Shown in pieces: positions 35,461 through 45,070 of a stretch of 64,000 nt of DNA. The position numbers and the translations under genes were made by a program. A model generated the notes under the pieces. It saw only the letters and a program-made list of their open reading frames with translations. It made no database searches and had not been told where the DNA came from. Source of the stretch: Escherichia coli. GTDB taxonomy: Bacteria > Pseudomonadota > Gammaproteobacteria > Enterobacterales > Enterobacteriaceae. The number at the start of each line of letters is the position of its first letter. Position 1 is the first letter of the stretch. The stretch is from NCBI RefSeq assembly GCF_048403405.1, contig NZ_CP183129.1. The stretch is one strand, 5' to 3'.

Positions 35461-35932
35461 AATTGAAGTTCTTGAACCGCTATATTTGGCTCCGGTATTT
35501 ACTCCGTGAGTGGTATCCTAGGGCCCTGTGCGGAGGATTTCATTGTAATGCTCATACGCTGTAGCCAGGTTCATGTTTCTTCAGCAAGGCCATTTGGGCT
35601 AGTGGCCTGCTCCCCATTGCTCCACACAAAAAATTATTCGTTACGTCCGCTCCTGGCACACAGTAGACATCGAGAGACAGCTTCGAGCGATAATCAGAAG
35701 TTCGCAATTGTCATCACCCAAAAGTTGTTTATAACTTGTAGCAAGGTGCATTGTTCAACGTTGAGTTGGTCAAGTTCAGTTAATGATCGGACGATATCTC
35801 ACTCTGCCCAATAGCACATCTGTTTTACGGGAAGTGAGTTTCAACATCACGAGCTTTGTTAGTAAACATCACTTATTTATTAAGAATATGTTTCATAGAA
35901 CAGGGCCGGAGAACTTAATTTCATATTCTAAA

Positions 35933-35954
35933 AAGTGATGCGCAGACATCACTT
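35933..35954 (-). terminator. hairpin downstream of the 353-aa cargo gene
   Basis: AAGTGATG-cgcaga-CATCACTT about 30 nt after the stop at 35984. Confidence 0.35.
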
Positions 35955-35983
35955 TAAACTTTTTAAAGCGCGAAAACCCTACG

Positions 35984-37045
35984 TCAGAATTTGACAGTAG
36001 GAACGGTTGGCCAGATTCTAGCAATAGACTTAAACATAGTCTCCACAATATATTCGAGAACCTCATCATCAGGCTCTTTCATTAATGCTTTTACTTTATT
36101 TATTCTATCCTGAAGTGAAGGGTGAGATTTTGAAAAACCCCAGTTGTTTTTACCTAACATAGTAACGCTGAATAATGCACAGTATATAGAAAGTCTTCTT
36201 TTCCTGCTCACCAACACACGGTCATACATAGACTCTTCACAGTAATTATCTATATGGTCAAGGATGAATTTATTTGCAAACTCATCACATGAGAACTCTT
36301 CATTATGAGCTTGTTCTTGTGTGAATTCATTCATATCATAACTGGTACCTTCCTGCTGATGAATGATATGTCGGACTTCATGCAAAAATGCCCAAGCAGC
36401 AGCAATAATTGCTAATTCAGCTGTTGCTCTTTTAACTGGTTCGATTTTACTGTCAGGCATGGTGCCAGGTTCAGGAATTCCTATTGGTAGTGGTTTTTCA
36501 TCCGGTACCTCATCTTTAGCCGTGTTTTCAAAAGCGCAGATTAACTGTTCAAAGTTTACGAAGTCTGCCGAACTGAAATCAGCAAGTTCTTCCTGTAGCT
36601 CCTCGAGTAAAACATGTAATTCTGACTCGGTTGAGACTAATGATATTTTCTTTGAGTCAAAAAGATCTAAAATAGAATCCCTTTTATCGATAATGTCTTC
36701 AATTTTTTTATTTTGCTCAGTGTTTATTGCTTCGTAGCCCGCCATTGCAGCAAATGTTCCTATCCAGAACGTGCGCAAAACACGATGATTGAAGCGGATA
36801 AATCGATACATCCCCGCATCAAAAATAAATTTACCGTCTGTATGATTATCGCTATGATTTTGGAAGGTCATGTTAAATTTAGACCAGAACTCATCCAGTT
36901 CATTCTGACGCTCTGGAATAGAGGCTAAAAACATTTTTCTTACGCTGTCCTGAACTGTTTTATCTTCATTATGCTCTTCAAACATTTGCTCACCTATATT
37001 GCTGTTAATTTTATCTAATGATGAACCGAGTGGGTTGTTTACCAA
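35984..37045 (-). CDS. accessory (moron) protein with HEXXH motif (putative zinc metallopeptidase-like); function unknown
   Basis: ORF starts at TTG 37045; more likely ATG 36985 with AGGTGA SD. Motif FLHEVRHIIH; AT-rich; convergent with the HNH gene. Confidence 0.5.
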   Translation of the reverse strand: MVNNPLGSSLDKINSNIGEQMFEEHNEDKTVQDSVRKMFLASIPERQNELDEFWSKFNMTFQNHSDNHTDGKFIFDAGMYRFIRFNHRVLRTFWIGTFAAMAGYEAINTEQNKKIEDIIDKRDSILDLFDSKKISLVSTESELHVLLEELQEELADFSSADFVNFEQLICAFENTAKDEVPDEKPLPIGIPEPGTMPDSKIEPVKRATAELAIIAAAWAFLHEVRHIIHQQEGTSYDMNEFTQEQAHNEEFSCDEFANKFILDHIDNYCEESMYDRVLVSRKRRLSIYCALFSVTMLGKNNWGFSKSHPSLQDRINKVKALMKEPDDEVLEYIVETMFKSIARIWPTVPTVKF

Positions 37046-37248
37046 GCCTCATGTTACATGTTTTTTGCTTTCCGAATATTTAAGCGTTAGAAGCAAGTAG
37101 GAAAAACGTAGAGCAGTTAACCAAGGCTTTCTACAGGCAGATTAACATAACTTGGTCAGGAATGTCCGCTCTTGGCACATAGCGGACTGTCAGATTAGGC
37201 TTTACTCTGTGCTATAGATATGTAAGCTCACACCAGAGATCATACAAC

Positions 37249-37776
37249 TTATTGCGGCATTTCCGGCCATTCGGGATTTGCAGGATCCACACGACTGACC
37301 AGAACGCTGTAGCGTTCCCATGCTTCCAGTCGGCTGCGTTCCTCATCCGTCGCCATATTCAGCCTGACAGCGCGTTCCAGCGGCAAAATCACGGATTCAG
37401 CTTCGGAAAGTAAAGCTGCCTTTTGTGATTCTGCCTGTTGCTCCTGTTCATCTGCCGTATAAATCCGCTTAATCACGGCACCATCCTTAAACATCCATTT
37501 ACCTGAGTCATCAGCACGTCGGTTGGAGGTAATATCAGGAACCTCGACAACGCTGAAACCTTCAGGGTTAAGCGTTGAAGCATCTCTGGTGATGCCGACA
37601 ATTATATTATTCTCGTCGTAAACAATCTTTATCGTGTCTTCCTGAAAATTACTTACTTCCTCATACCAGTTTTTTCCCTCTTCGGACCATAACCAGATAA
37701 CATCAAAATTTTTTGTCAGTTGATATTGGGCAACAGTTTTTGGATTACCCGCAGTAATATTTTTTAAATGCTGCAT
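37249..37776 (-). CDS. G: tail fiber assembly protein G
   Basis: 175-aa ORF; matches P2 G. Confidence 0.88.
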   Translation of the reverse strand: MQHLKNITAGNPKTVAQYQLTKNFDVIWLWSEEGKNWYEEVSNFQEDTIKIVYDENNIIVGITRDASTLNPEGFSVVEVPDITSNRRADDSGKWMFKDGAVIKRIYTADEQEQQAESQKAALLSEAESVILPLERAVRLNMATDEERSRLEAWERYSVLVSRVDPANPEWPEMPQ

Positions 37777-37779
37777 AAA

Positions 37780-39825
37780 TTACACCTGTGCGACGTTATA
37801 CCATGTGCCATTGATGTATTTTTGTATTGGCCTGAATACTGCGGGGTCATCACCATCGACTTCACCGACAATACCAAGCCCGGTAATTACGTGCCCTGCT
37901 TTCTCATACATCACCCCTTTCTGCATGGTCTGGACAACACGTGTGCCAAGTCTGATATCTCTCACATAGCGGGAATCAAAGTTACCGTAATCCGAGGGAT
38001 TAACACGCCCCGTAATATTTATGGTCTTATTACTTTGAATGCTTCCGGAAACAAAGCGCATAACATGGACGTTATTAGCATAAACATCCAGATTACCATC
38101 GCCATTTTGTTTAAATCCGGTGTCGTTATCACCAAGAACAATAGAGTTCCCACCCAACGCGTTATTCGTGCCAAGTGCCAGCCCGCCATCAATCCTGGCA
38201 CCATTACCAACAGACACAACTCCTGTTCTTAAGTTGATGCCGAATGGCCTTAATGGCCCAATATCTCCATTTTCACCCTCATTTTCTCGTGTAGGAATGA
38301 TATACAGGTTTTCTTCAGAACGGCGAAAAATAGCACCAAAAGATGAATTAAATATCCTCAGCGCATTGACTGTAGATATTTTTACTTCACTGCTGAAAAG
38401 GGCTTTAACAAGAACATACAGAGCATCCCATTTAAGATTCATCAGGTCTTTTGTTGTGGTGCTCTGGCGACTTCTCCATTTGAAATATTCATTGCCGTTA
38501 TCCCCCGTTTCAAACCACATGTATGAATCAGTGTCACCATCGGCATCATTTTTAAATCCAATCTTCGCCCAGTCAGTATTTCGAATCCAGGCAAGGATTG
38601 AGTCGTTTTCAAAAGTAAGTCCACCGGACAAGGTATCGCCATTTTTTTGCACGGCGTTCCCGGCTCGGTTTACCGTTTCCTGTAAACCGAGATATTCGAT
38701 AACGGCGGCAACGGTCGATTTAGCCAGAATATCCCGCCCGACTTTTGTCAGGGTCGCCAGGCTGGCAACATCATTCCCCGTAAAATACGGAAACCTGTCT
38801 GCCGCAGTAGCAAGCCCCGCCAGCGCCGTCAAAGTGGCATCTTTCGGTTGCTTACCCGCAAGCGCATTAGTCATGGTGGTAGCAAAATTCGGGTCATTGC
38901 CCAGCGCCGCCGCCAGCTCGTTCAGCGTATTCAGTGCGTCAGGCGACGAGTCTACAAGGGCGGCAATCGCGGCCATAACGAAAGCCGTGTTTGCGATCTG
39001 AGTATTATTCGTTCCCTGTCGCGCAGTTGGCGTCGTTGGCGTTCCGGTCAGTGCAGGGCTGTTTAATGGCGCTTTCTTGTTCGTTTCATCCATTACCGTC
39101 TTAACGGCTTTTGGTGTTGCGGCGAGCGTTTCAGACGTGCTGTTGGTCGCACTACTGAGCTGGACAAGGCCTTTTCGCGCTATGGTGGCGTCCTGTGCGG
39201 TATATTTCCCGTTAGCAAGGTCATACGCGGCCTTTACCGCTTTCGGCGTTGCGGCCAGTGTTTCAGACGTGCTGTTGGTCGCACTGCTTAACTGAGTAAA
39301 ACCTTTTGCGGTCAGCGAGGCGTCAGGGTGACGTCGTGACTGTTCATGTTCTGCAATTTTGTCATCAACGTAATCCTGCGTTGCCATCACCGTTGTGGTG
39401 TCAATGGTCAGCTCCACTGAGGCCACACTGCTGACGATGATGACCATGCGGCAGGTCTGCGAACGCCCTGAGCCTTCGGCAAGGGCTGGCTTATAACTTT
39501 CGGCCATGTTCGCCACGGCAATTAGCGTTCCCGCATCATCGTACAGGCCAAGTTCACGCATCCAGAAACCGCCCACCTCCGGCGGAATAACCAGCTCTGC
39601 GATAATATAATTACTGTTTCGTTTGTCCTGGCTGATTTTGTTCAGCGCATGTCGCCAGACTTCGTGGATAAGCCCGGTCTGTCCGGCATCCGGGACAGGC
39701 AATTTACCACCGCCATCCCCGACGGCCATCGTGGTAATGTTGACCTTCCGCCCTCCCGGTGCGGTTGCCGCTGCCAGCTTTGCTGCACCGGCAGTGGTGA
39801 TAACGGTTTTGAATTTTGTGCTCAT
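37780..39825 (-). CDS. H: tail fiber protein H
   Basis: 681-aa ORF; conserved N-terminus MSTKFKTVITTAGAAKLAAA; internal repeat QLSSATNSTSETLAATPKAVK. Confidence 0.9.
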   Translation of the reverse strand: MSTKFKTVITTAGAAKLAAATAPGGRKVNITTMAVGDGGGKLPVPDAGQTGLIHEVWRHALNKISQDKRNSNYIIAELVIPPEVGGFWMRELGLYDDAGTLIAVANMAESYKPALAEGSGRSQTCRMVIIVSSVASVELTIDTTTVMATQDYVDDKIAEHEQSRRHPDASLTAKGFTQLSSATNSTSETLAATPKAVKAAYDLANGKYTAQDATIARKGLVQLSSATNSTSETLAATPKAVKTVMDETNKKAPLNSPALTGTPTTPTARQGTNNTQIANTAFVMAAIAALVDSSPDALNTLNELAAALGNDPNFATTMTNALAGKQPKDATLTALAGLATAADRFPYFTGNDVASLATLTKVGRDILAKSTVAAVIEYLGLQETVNRAGNAVQKNGDTLSGGLTFENDSILAWIRNTDWAKIGFKNDADGDTDSYMWFETGDNGNEYFKWRSRQSTTTKDLMNLKWDALYVLVKALFSSEVKISTVNALRIFNSSFGAIFRRSEENLYIIPTRENEGENGDIGPLRPFGINLRTGVVSVGNGARIDGGLALGTNNALGGNSIVLGDNDTGFKQNGDGNLDVYANNVHVMRFVSGSIQSNKTINITGRVNPSDYGNFDSRYVRDIRLGTRVVQTMQKGVMYEKAGHVITGLGIVGEVDGDDPAVFRPIQKYINGTWYNVAQV
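39101..39311. repeat. imperfect direct repeat (about 80 bp, two copies) inside tail fiber gene H
   Basis: Copies at 39101-39179 and 39233-39311 share an identical 26-nt core GTTTCAGACGTGCTGTTGGTCGCACT. Confidence 0.8.
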
Positions 39826-39835
39826 TATTCCTCAC

Positions 39836-40366
39836 TTATCCGGGGTAAACCGTAATTACATCGCCGTCATAAGCCACACCACCGACGAACAGGTAGCCGG
39901 GAATGTCCCGGGTAATGTTCAGGCCAATAAGGTGGCGGCTTGCAGGTTTGGCATCAGCAATCAGCCGTTCCATTTCCTGATACATTGCCTCTGTGATACC
40001 GCTTTCCAGTACACCAATATCAAGCCGGAAGGTGCCGGGCGGGTCACTGGTTTCCCACCACTCCGTCACGTTGATGAGATAGCCCAGCGGCTCCACCACA
40101 CGCCGGATTGCACCTATAGTGCCTTTATGACAGTGGATGAAATAGGCATCGCGAATAACGGCGCGTTTGGTCGCTTCCGGCCACTTTTCATCCCATCTGT
40201 CGACCGAAAACGCCCACGCCAGCCACGGCAGCAGATTTGCCGGGCAGGTGTCCGGGTTCCACAGCTCACGAATACTGACCGGCGTTTTTTCAATTTCCGC
40301 ACAGGCTTTTGCAGCGGCGACTTCAAGCGGTGATGAGCCGGTCGGCAGCAGGCGCGAATCACTCAT
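39836..40366 (-). CDS. I: baseplate assembly protein I
   Basis: 176-aa ORF; P2 order. Confidence 0.85.
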   Translation of the reverse strand: MSDSRLLPTGSSPLEVAAAKACAEIEKTPVSIRELWNPDTCPANLLPWLAWAFSVDRWDEKWPEATKRAVIRDAYFIHCHKGTIGAIRRVVEPLGYLINVTEWWETSDPPGTFRLDIGVLESGITEAMYQEMERLIADAKPASRHLIGLNITRDIPGYLFVGGVAYDGDVITVYPG

Positions 40367-41267
40367 CCGAGCCTCCGGTCACGACGCGGTATTCGGTACA
40401 GAAAGACGCCTGCGTACTGTTGAGCACGATGTCGGCCAGCGGTGCAGCCAGTTCGACACGCTGCACGCCTTCCACATGCAAAGCGGCATAAATGGCAGAC
40501 AGTCGGATGTCGCGCCCCAGCCGGTGCTGTGCCGTGATATACGCTTCCAGTTTTTTCACGGCGGCAGCGCGAATGGGTTCGCTTTTGGGGCCAGGGTAAA
40601 GGTAAAGCATGGCATTTATCTGGTATTCAACGATGGCGGCAGACTGCACGGTCACACGGTCGGCCACCGGTCTGACGTCCTCGCCATTCAGGGCGTTGCG
40701 CACCACAGCCAGCAGGTCTTCAGATGCCACACCGTTATTTTCACGTGACAGCACAGAGATGGTGACACAGGCCGGAGACGGACTGGTGACAGAGATATCC
40801 GCGACACGCCCGTCGGCACTGCGACCATGATACTGATAGGCTCCCACCGACCCGGCGACGCTTAAGCCTTCAAACGCCTGCTGAATACGCAGACGATAAT
40901 CGGTGTCAGACTCCATCACTGCCGGTGTCGGCGGGATAGTCGAATCATCTGCCGGGGTGATAGTCAGGCGCGTGGTGTTGTAATTGGCACCAATCACATC
41001 AAGGTCATTACCGGCTGCACAGGCCAGCATCACCGCCCGTGCAGCCTCATTCACACGCTGACGCCAGATAAGCTCGCGATACGCATTTTCCTCCAGCAGT
41101 TTGACGAGAGGCTCGGATTCCAGCGTCAGGGTACGGGCGACCGCCTCCTGCTGGTCTTCCGGGTAAAGGGAAATCAGTGTCGCCTTGCGTTCGGCAAGAA
41201 TGGTTTCAAAGTCCAGCTCCTCGACCACATCCGGTGCGGGTAGCTGGTTCAGGTCGATAATCGGCAT
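40359..41267 (-). CDS. J: baseplate protein J
   Basis: 302-aa ORF; P2 order. Confidence 0.87.
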   Translation of the reverse strand: MPIIDLNQLPAPDVVEELDFETILAERKATLISLYPEDQQEAVARTLTLESEPLVKLLEENAYRELIWRQRVNEAARAVMLACAAGNDLDVIGANYNTTRLTITPADDSTIPPTPAVMESDTDYRLRIQQAFEGLSVAGSVGAYQYHGRSADGRVADISVTSPSPACVTISVLSRENNGVASEDLLAVVRNALNGEDVRPVADRVTVQSAAIVEYQINAMLYLYPGPKSEPIRAAAVKKLEAYITAQHRLGRDIRLSAIYAALHVEGVQRVELAAPLADIVLNSTQASFCTEYRVVTGGSDE

Positions 41268-41271
41268 GGTT

Positions 41272-41619
41272 TCAACTCACAGGGATGGTTAATGAAAGTG
41301 GCTGGCCGGTGTCGTTGTGCTGGCCGGTTAACGTGACCGTCATTCGCCCGTCAAAGCTGCGCGCCGTGGTAACGGATGACAGGGTGACGCGGGGTTCCCA
41401 TTTCAGCACCGCCATGTAACAGGCGACCTTAATCTGCAACTCAAGCGCCGGGGTCTGCGGCTGGTCAATCATTGACGCCAGCAACGAGCCGTAATCACGA
41501 CGCATCACCCGTGAGCCGACCGGCGTGCGCAGGATATCGCCGATACTCTGGCTGATATGCTCAAGGTCAGTGACAGTCAGGCCATCACTGCGATTCATTC
41601 CGAGATAACGCGCTGTCAT
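41272..41619 (-). CDS. W: baseplate wedge protein W
   Basis: 115-aa ORF; P2 order. Confidence 0.85.
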   Translation of the reverse strand: MTARYLGMNRSDGLTVTDLEHISQSIGDILRTPVGSRVMRRDYGSLLASMIDQPQTPALELQIKVACYMAVLKWEPRVTLSSVTTARSFDGRMTVTLTGQHNDTGQPLSLTIPVS

Positions 41620-42257
41620 TTTGTCCCCTGCGTCCAGTTGTCACCTGACTTAACACCACCGTGACCGTGGTCATCCACCTGAACGCCGTTAGAAGTGAAT
41701 TTCCCGTCGGTATGCTCGATGTTGCCGTGCATCTTCCCGCCCTTCTGCACTTCCAGCGTGCCGGTAATCAGCCTGTTGGTGCAGACCACCTCCGGTGTGT
41801 CCAGGGTGACGCGGGTTGATGCTTTCACCATGACCACCGGCACCGTGGCAGTAACAGAATCAGAAGCCGTCACGCTGGCTGTTTTAATTCCGCTTACCGT
41901 GAGTGCACTGGTTTCGGGTTCATATTCAATCACCGCCCCGTCAGGGAAACGGATATGCAGGGCATCCGCCGACGCAGACGGCGCGGGGTTATCGCCGGAA
42001 TAAATCCCCGGCAGAACGAACGCCGTGTCGAGTTCACCGCCCACGGCCAGAATCAGCACCTGCTCCCCCACGGAAGGTGCCCACCATGTGCGCGAACGAC
42101 CGGCACGATGGGTCAGCCACTGAAGCCAGTCAGTGCACATGCCGCCGGTCTGCACACGGCAGCGACCGGCGTTAAGGTCGGTTTCGACGATAATGCCGGT
42201 GCGAATCATGTTGCGCAGTGCGCGCGCGAGTTCCTGAATATTTGCGAGAGTGTTCAT
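41616..42257 (-). CDS. V: baseplate spike protein V
   Basis: ORF 41616..42275; start placed at ATG 42257 (MNTLANIQELARAL...). Confidence 0.87.
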   Translation of the reverse strand: MNTLANIQELARALRNMIRTGIIVETDLNAGRCRVQTGGMCTDWLQWLTHRAGRSRTWWAPSVGEQVLILAVGGELDTAFVLPGIYSGDNPAPSASADALHIRFPDGAVIEYEPETSALTVSGIKTASVTASDSVTATVPVVMVKASTRVTLDTPEVVCTNRLITGTLEVQKGGKMHGNIEHTDGKFTSNGVQVDDHGHGGVKSGDNWTQGTK

Positions 42258-42340
42258 GCATGTGAGATTGCACAATATATAAAAGTTATGCTATCTGGAT
42301 TCATTTGTAGAACTACCAGACAACATTCAAGGAGAGCGTA

Positions 42341-43126
42341 ATGGTCAGCTATAATGTGACTAATGTGTGGGGGCTAATCGTTTTTTTCCTTTGTAGCTTT
42401 GCAGTATTAGCATTTTTTAGCTTTGGTAAAAGTAACCTTATGAGGCTTATTGCACATTATTTCAATTTTGGATATTCAGACAAAAAATTAAAAAGACTTG
42501 ACCGCGAGTGGCGCGACATTCAACTATTTAAAATAATTAATGGAATCAATGTATCAGGCATTGAAAATGTGAGAATGATACAGCAGGGACTGATTGATGG
42601 AAAACTAAAAACATCGTATTTTTTCCTTACTCGCATCTGGGGTGACATAACAAAACCACCACACATAATTAAAACAATAATTGTAATTCTGGCCAGTATT
42701 TTTTACATTCTCCTCGCATGTTACATACACAACGAACAATCCGTTATAGTAAGGGATGCCATAGGCATACCATATAAAAACATGATGTACTATGTTTATA
42801 GTGACAAAGTTCTTTTATCCTTCAAAAATAAAGCAGTTGAATTTAATAAAACTTATAGCCTTGCCGATTGCAAGAGACTGCAAAACGTATTTATAAAAGA
42901 CACACTTCCTGAGATCGCCTGCAATAAGCTCTTACAGCTAAACGAGGAGGACTCCGAATGGTTAAGCCAGGAGATTAAAGATAATAACAGTCACAAAAAA
43001 GCATTATTAATACTATCCCTCGTCTATTTCACTTCAGGTCTGGTTATATTCCTGTCATATACAAAATTCTTTTACGCCAATAAGAAGGTTTTAGAATACA
43101 AAGCATCAAATAAAAATCACTCATAA
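42341..43126 (+). CDS. accessory membrane protein (3 predicted TM helices), function unknown
   Basis: 261-aa ORF with strong SD AAGGAGAG; very AT-rich; opposite strand to flanking V and S; at the P2 orf30 position. Confidence 0.6.
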   Translation: MVSYNVTNVWGLIVFFLCSFAVLAFFSFGKSNLMRLIAHYFNFGYSDKKLKRLDREWRDIQLFKIINGINVSGIENVRMIQQGLIDGKLKTSYFFLTRIWGDITKPPHIIKTIIVILASIFYILLACYIHNEQSVIVRDAIGIPYKNMMYYVYSDKVLLSFKNKAVEFNKTYSLADCKRLQNVFIKDTLPEIACNKLLQLNEEDSEWLSQEIKDNNSHKKALLILSLVYFTSGLVIFLSYTKFFYANKKVLEYKASNKNHS

Positions 43127-43197
43127 ACCTCTAAACATTGAGCGACCAGCATGGCCGCTCAATGTTTAATTGCGCATCAGCCTCTGCCTGGATAAAA

Positions 43198-43650
43198 CTA
43201 ACGCTCAAGGTGAGTCAGGATAATCTCTTCAATCATCTGCACATCCTCACCGGTAAAGCTGAGCAGAGGACGCGCCGGATAATCAATTTTCTTACCGTCT
43301 TTCCGGGTTTCTTCCGACAGACCGAACTGATGCACACTGGCGATTTTCGGCGACTTCCCGCCGTAAAATTCCATTGATGCCTGTTCCGGGCTGGCGCGGA
43401 TATGCAAAAAACGACTGGTGATAAGTTTCGCAAACATTTTTCGCTTAACACGACCGGTCTTTTTTCTGGCGCTCTGCTGCTGGCGTGGCGCGTAGGGTGT
43501 GCCGTCCGGGGCTTTCTGTGCCATCACCCGACGCTGCTGACTCTGCCGCAGACGCTTCGCCAGCTCTGCACTCAGCCGCCGACGCCCTGACGGTGACAGC
43601 GACTCAATCAGTCCGGTCAGCCGGTCTTCAAAACGCTTAAACTCATTCAT
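43198..43650 (-). CDS. S: tail completion protein S
   Basis: 150-aa ORF; P2 order. Confidence 0.85.
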   Translation of the reverse strand: MNEFKRFEDRLTGLIESLSPSGRRRLSAELAKRLRQSQQRRVMAQKAPDGTPYAPRQQQSARKKTGRVKRKMFAKLITSRFLHIRASPEQASMEFYGGKSPKIASVHQFGLSEETRKDGKKIDYPARPLLSFTGEDVQMIEEIILTHLER

Positions 43651-44110
43651 CCCACTTGCTCACCAGTTCGCCATTGATATAAAGCTCCATCGGGCGGGTG
43701 ACCGGCTCCGGCGGCGGGGGTTCCGGGATATTCTTCACATGCAGTGCGCCGTCCACCTCACTGACCAGCGTTCGCTCGGTCAGCATCAGGCTGATGCTGA
43801 TATCAAAGCTGCTGTCATTGTTGATGTCCGCATAAAACGTGAAGCCCTTTTTCTGGCCTGCGTCGGTGGTCATGATGTCGGGCTGATTTTCCCGCAGCCA
43901 CGCCAGCACCGGCACAATGAGCAGGTCAAAATCACCGGTAAAGTCGGTCACAATCACATTGAGCGTGTAACGCTTTTCGAATGACAGCGACGTCGCCAGT
44001 GTGGAGGCAATACTCCCGTTATCCACGAATATCCGCAGCATATCGGGGTTAGTTTTCAGCACCGTGACGGCATCAGTCAGCGCCCTGCGCAGGCTGTCGG
44101 GTTTGAGCAT
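43643..44110 (-). CDS. R: tail completion protein R
   Basis: 155-aa ORF; P2 order. Confidence 0.85.
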   Translation of the reverse strand: MLKPDSLRRALTDAVTVLKTNPDMLRIFVDNGSIASTLATSLSFEKRYTLNVIVTDFTGDFDLLIVPVLAWLRENQPDIMTTDAGQKKGFTFYADINNDSSFDISISLMLTERTLVSEVDGALHVKNIPEPPPPEPVTRPMELYINGELVSKWDE

Positions 44111-44363
44111 CGTTTTCGTCCTGACAGTGTTTAATCATTTTTACCTGGCTGGCACAGCGTGCCAGCGCGTTCTCAAGCTGCCGGATATCGGCACTTAAAT
44201 CGCCGTTCGTCTCCGGGTCACTGCCCGGCATCGGGCAAAGACTCACTTTCGGGCAGGCGTTGTGGACAATCACTGGCGTCAGTGCAGGCCGGACGCTGGT
44301 GCAACCGGCGCACAGCATCAGGCAGGTCAGCGCCATACCAGCGGCGAAAATCTTCGTTTTCAT
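44073..44363 (-). CDS. lysC: LysC (Rz1-like outer-membrane spanin lipoprotein), nested in lysB
   Basis: Frame inside lysB; MKTKIFAAGMALTCLMLCAGC lipobox; start placed at ATG 44363. Confidence 0.7.
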   Translation of the reverse strand: MKTKIFAAGMALTCLMLCAGCTSVRPALTPVIVHNACPKVSLCPMPGSDPETNGDLSADIRQLENALARCASQVKMIKHCQDENDAQTRQPAQGAD

Positions 44364-44652
44364 TGAGTAACCTCGTGATGGTTTTCTCGCGCTGTGCTTC
44401 ACGCTTCGCGGCGTTCTCCAGTTCCTGACGCAGTGCCACCTGCGCCAGCTCGTTTTTGTCTGCCCTGGTGAGCGCAACATGAAGCTGATTTTTCAGCATG
44501 GTGATGGTCGTCTGCTGCCCGCTGGCGACGTTGTTCGCCCTGTCCAGCGAGGCGCGCAGGCTGGCATTTTTGTGTTTCACCAGAAACAGACCGGCCACCG
44601 CCAGTGATAACAACACAACCAGCACAGTCATCAGCCTTGACATGGTTCCCAC
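44218..44652 (-). CDS. lysB: LysB (Rz-like inner-membrane spanin)
   Basis: 144-aa ORF, N-terminal TM then coiled coil. Confidence 0.8.
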   Translation of the reverse strand: MGTMSRLMTVLVVLLSLAVAGLFLVKHKNASLRASLDRANNVASGQQTTITMLKNQLHVALTRADKNELAQVALRQELENAAKREAQREKTITRLLNENEDFRRWYGADLPDAVRRLHQRPACTDASDCPQRLPESESLPDAGQ

Positions 44653-45056
44653 CCCTCAAAACGCTGACAGCAGGCCGTACGTATCAACCGGAAGAACACC
44701 GATGCCACAAGATAAATCAGCGCGGTAAAAATCCACCCGGCAGCGACCAGCGAGATAAACGTCGCCACCACCACTACCAGAGCCACTGCCCGTCTGCGCC
44801 ACGGCACCGGCTGCAAAAACAGCGACGTGACAATCTTCACGGCCAGCGATTCCGGCGGCAGCTCCCGTCCGTAGCGTTCCAGTACATACTCAGTGGCATA
44901 CATGCCGACACCACCGGCAACCACACAGATAACCGTCGCCAGAATCGCCCAGGTGGCGACAAAACTGACGGCCACGCTCTGCGGGTAAATCAGGGACAGT
45001 GCCAGCATCAGCGCCAGCGACACGTTCAGCATCAGTGAAAGGGATAATTTCTTCAT
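44631..45056 (-). CDS. lysA: LysA lysis-timing membrane protein
   Basis: 141-aa polytopic membrane ORF between K and lysB. Confidence 0.8.
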   Translation of the reverse strand: MKKLSLSLMLNVSLALMLALSLIYPQSVAVSFVATWAILATVICVVAGGVGMYATEYVLERYGRELPPESLAVKIVTSLFLQPVPWRRRAVALVVVVATFISLVAAGWIFTALIYLVASVFFRLIRTACCQRFEGWEPCQG

Positions 45057-45070
45057 GGTGTTTACTCCGT

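Noticed and set aside
35506-35814. 102-codon ORF in the gap between the two hotspot cargo genes
   Set aside because: No SD, implausible Cys/Ser/His-rich composition and no recognisable motif; treated as non-coding.
39077-39295. Plus-strand 72-codon ORF with internally repeated peptide inside gene H
   Set aside because: It is the antisense reading of the direct repeat in the tail fiber gene, not an independent gene.
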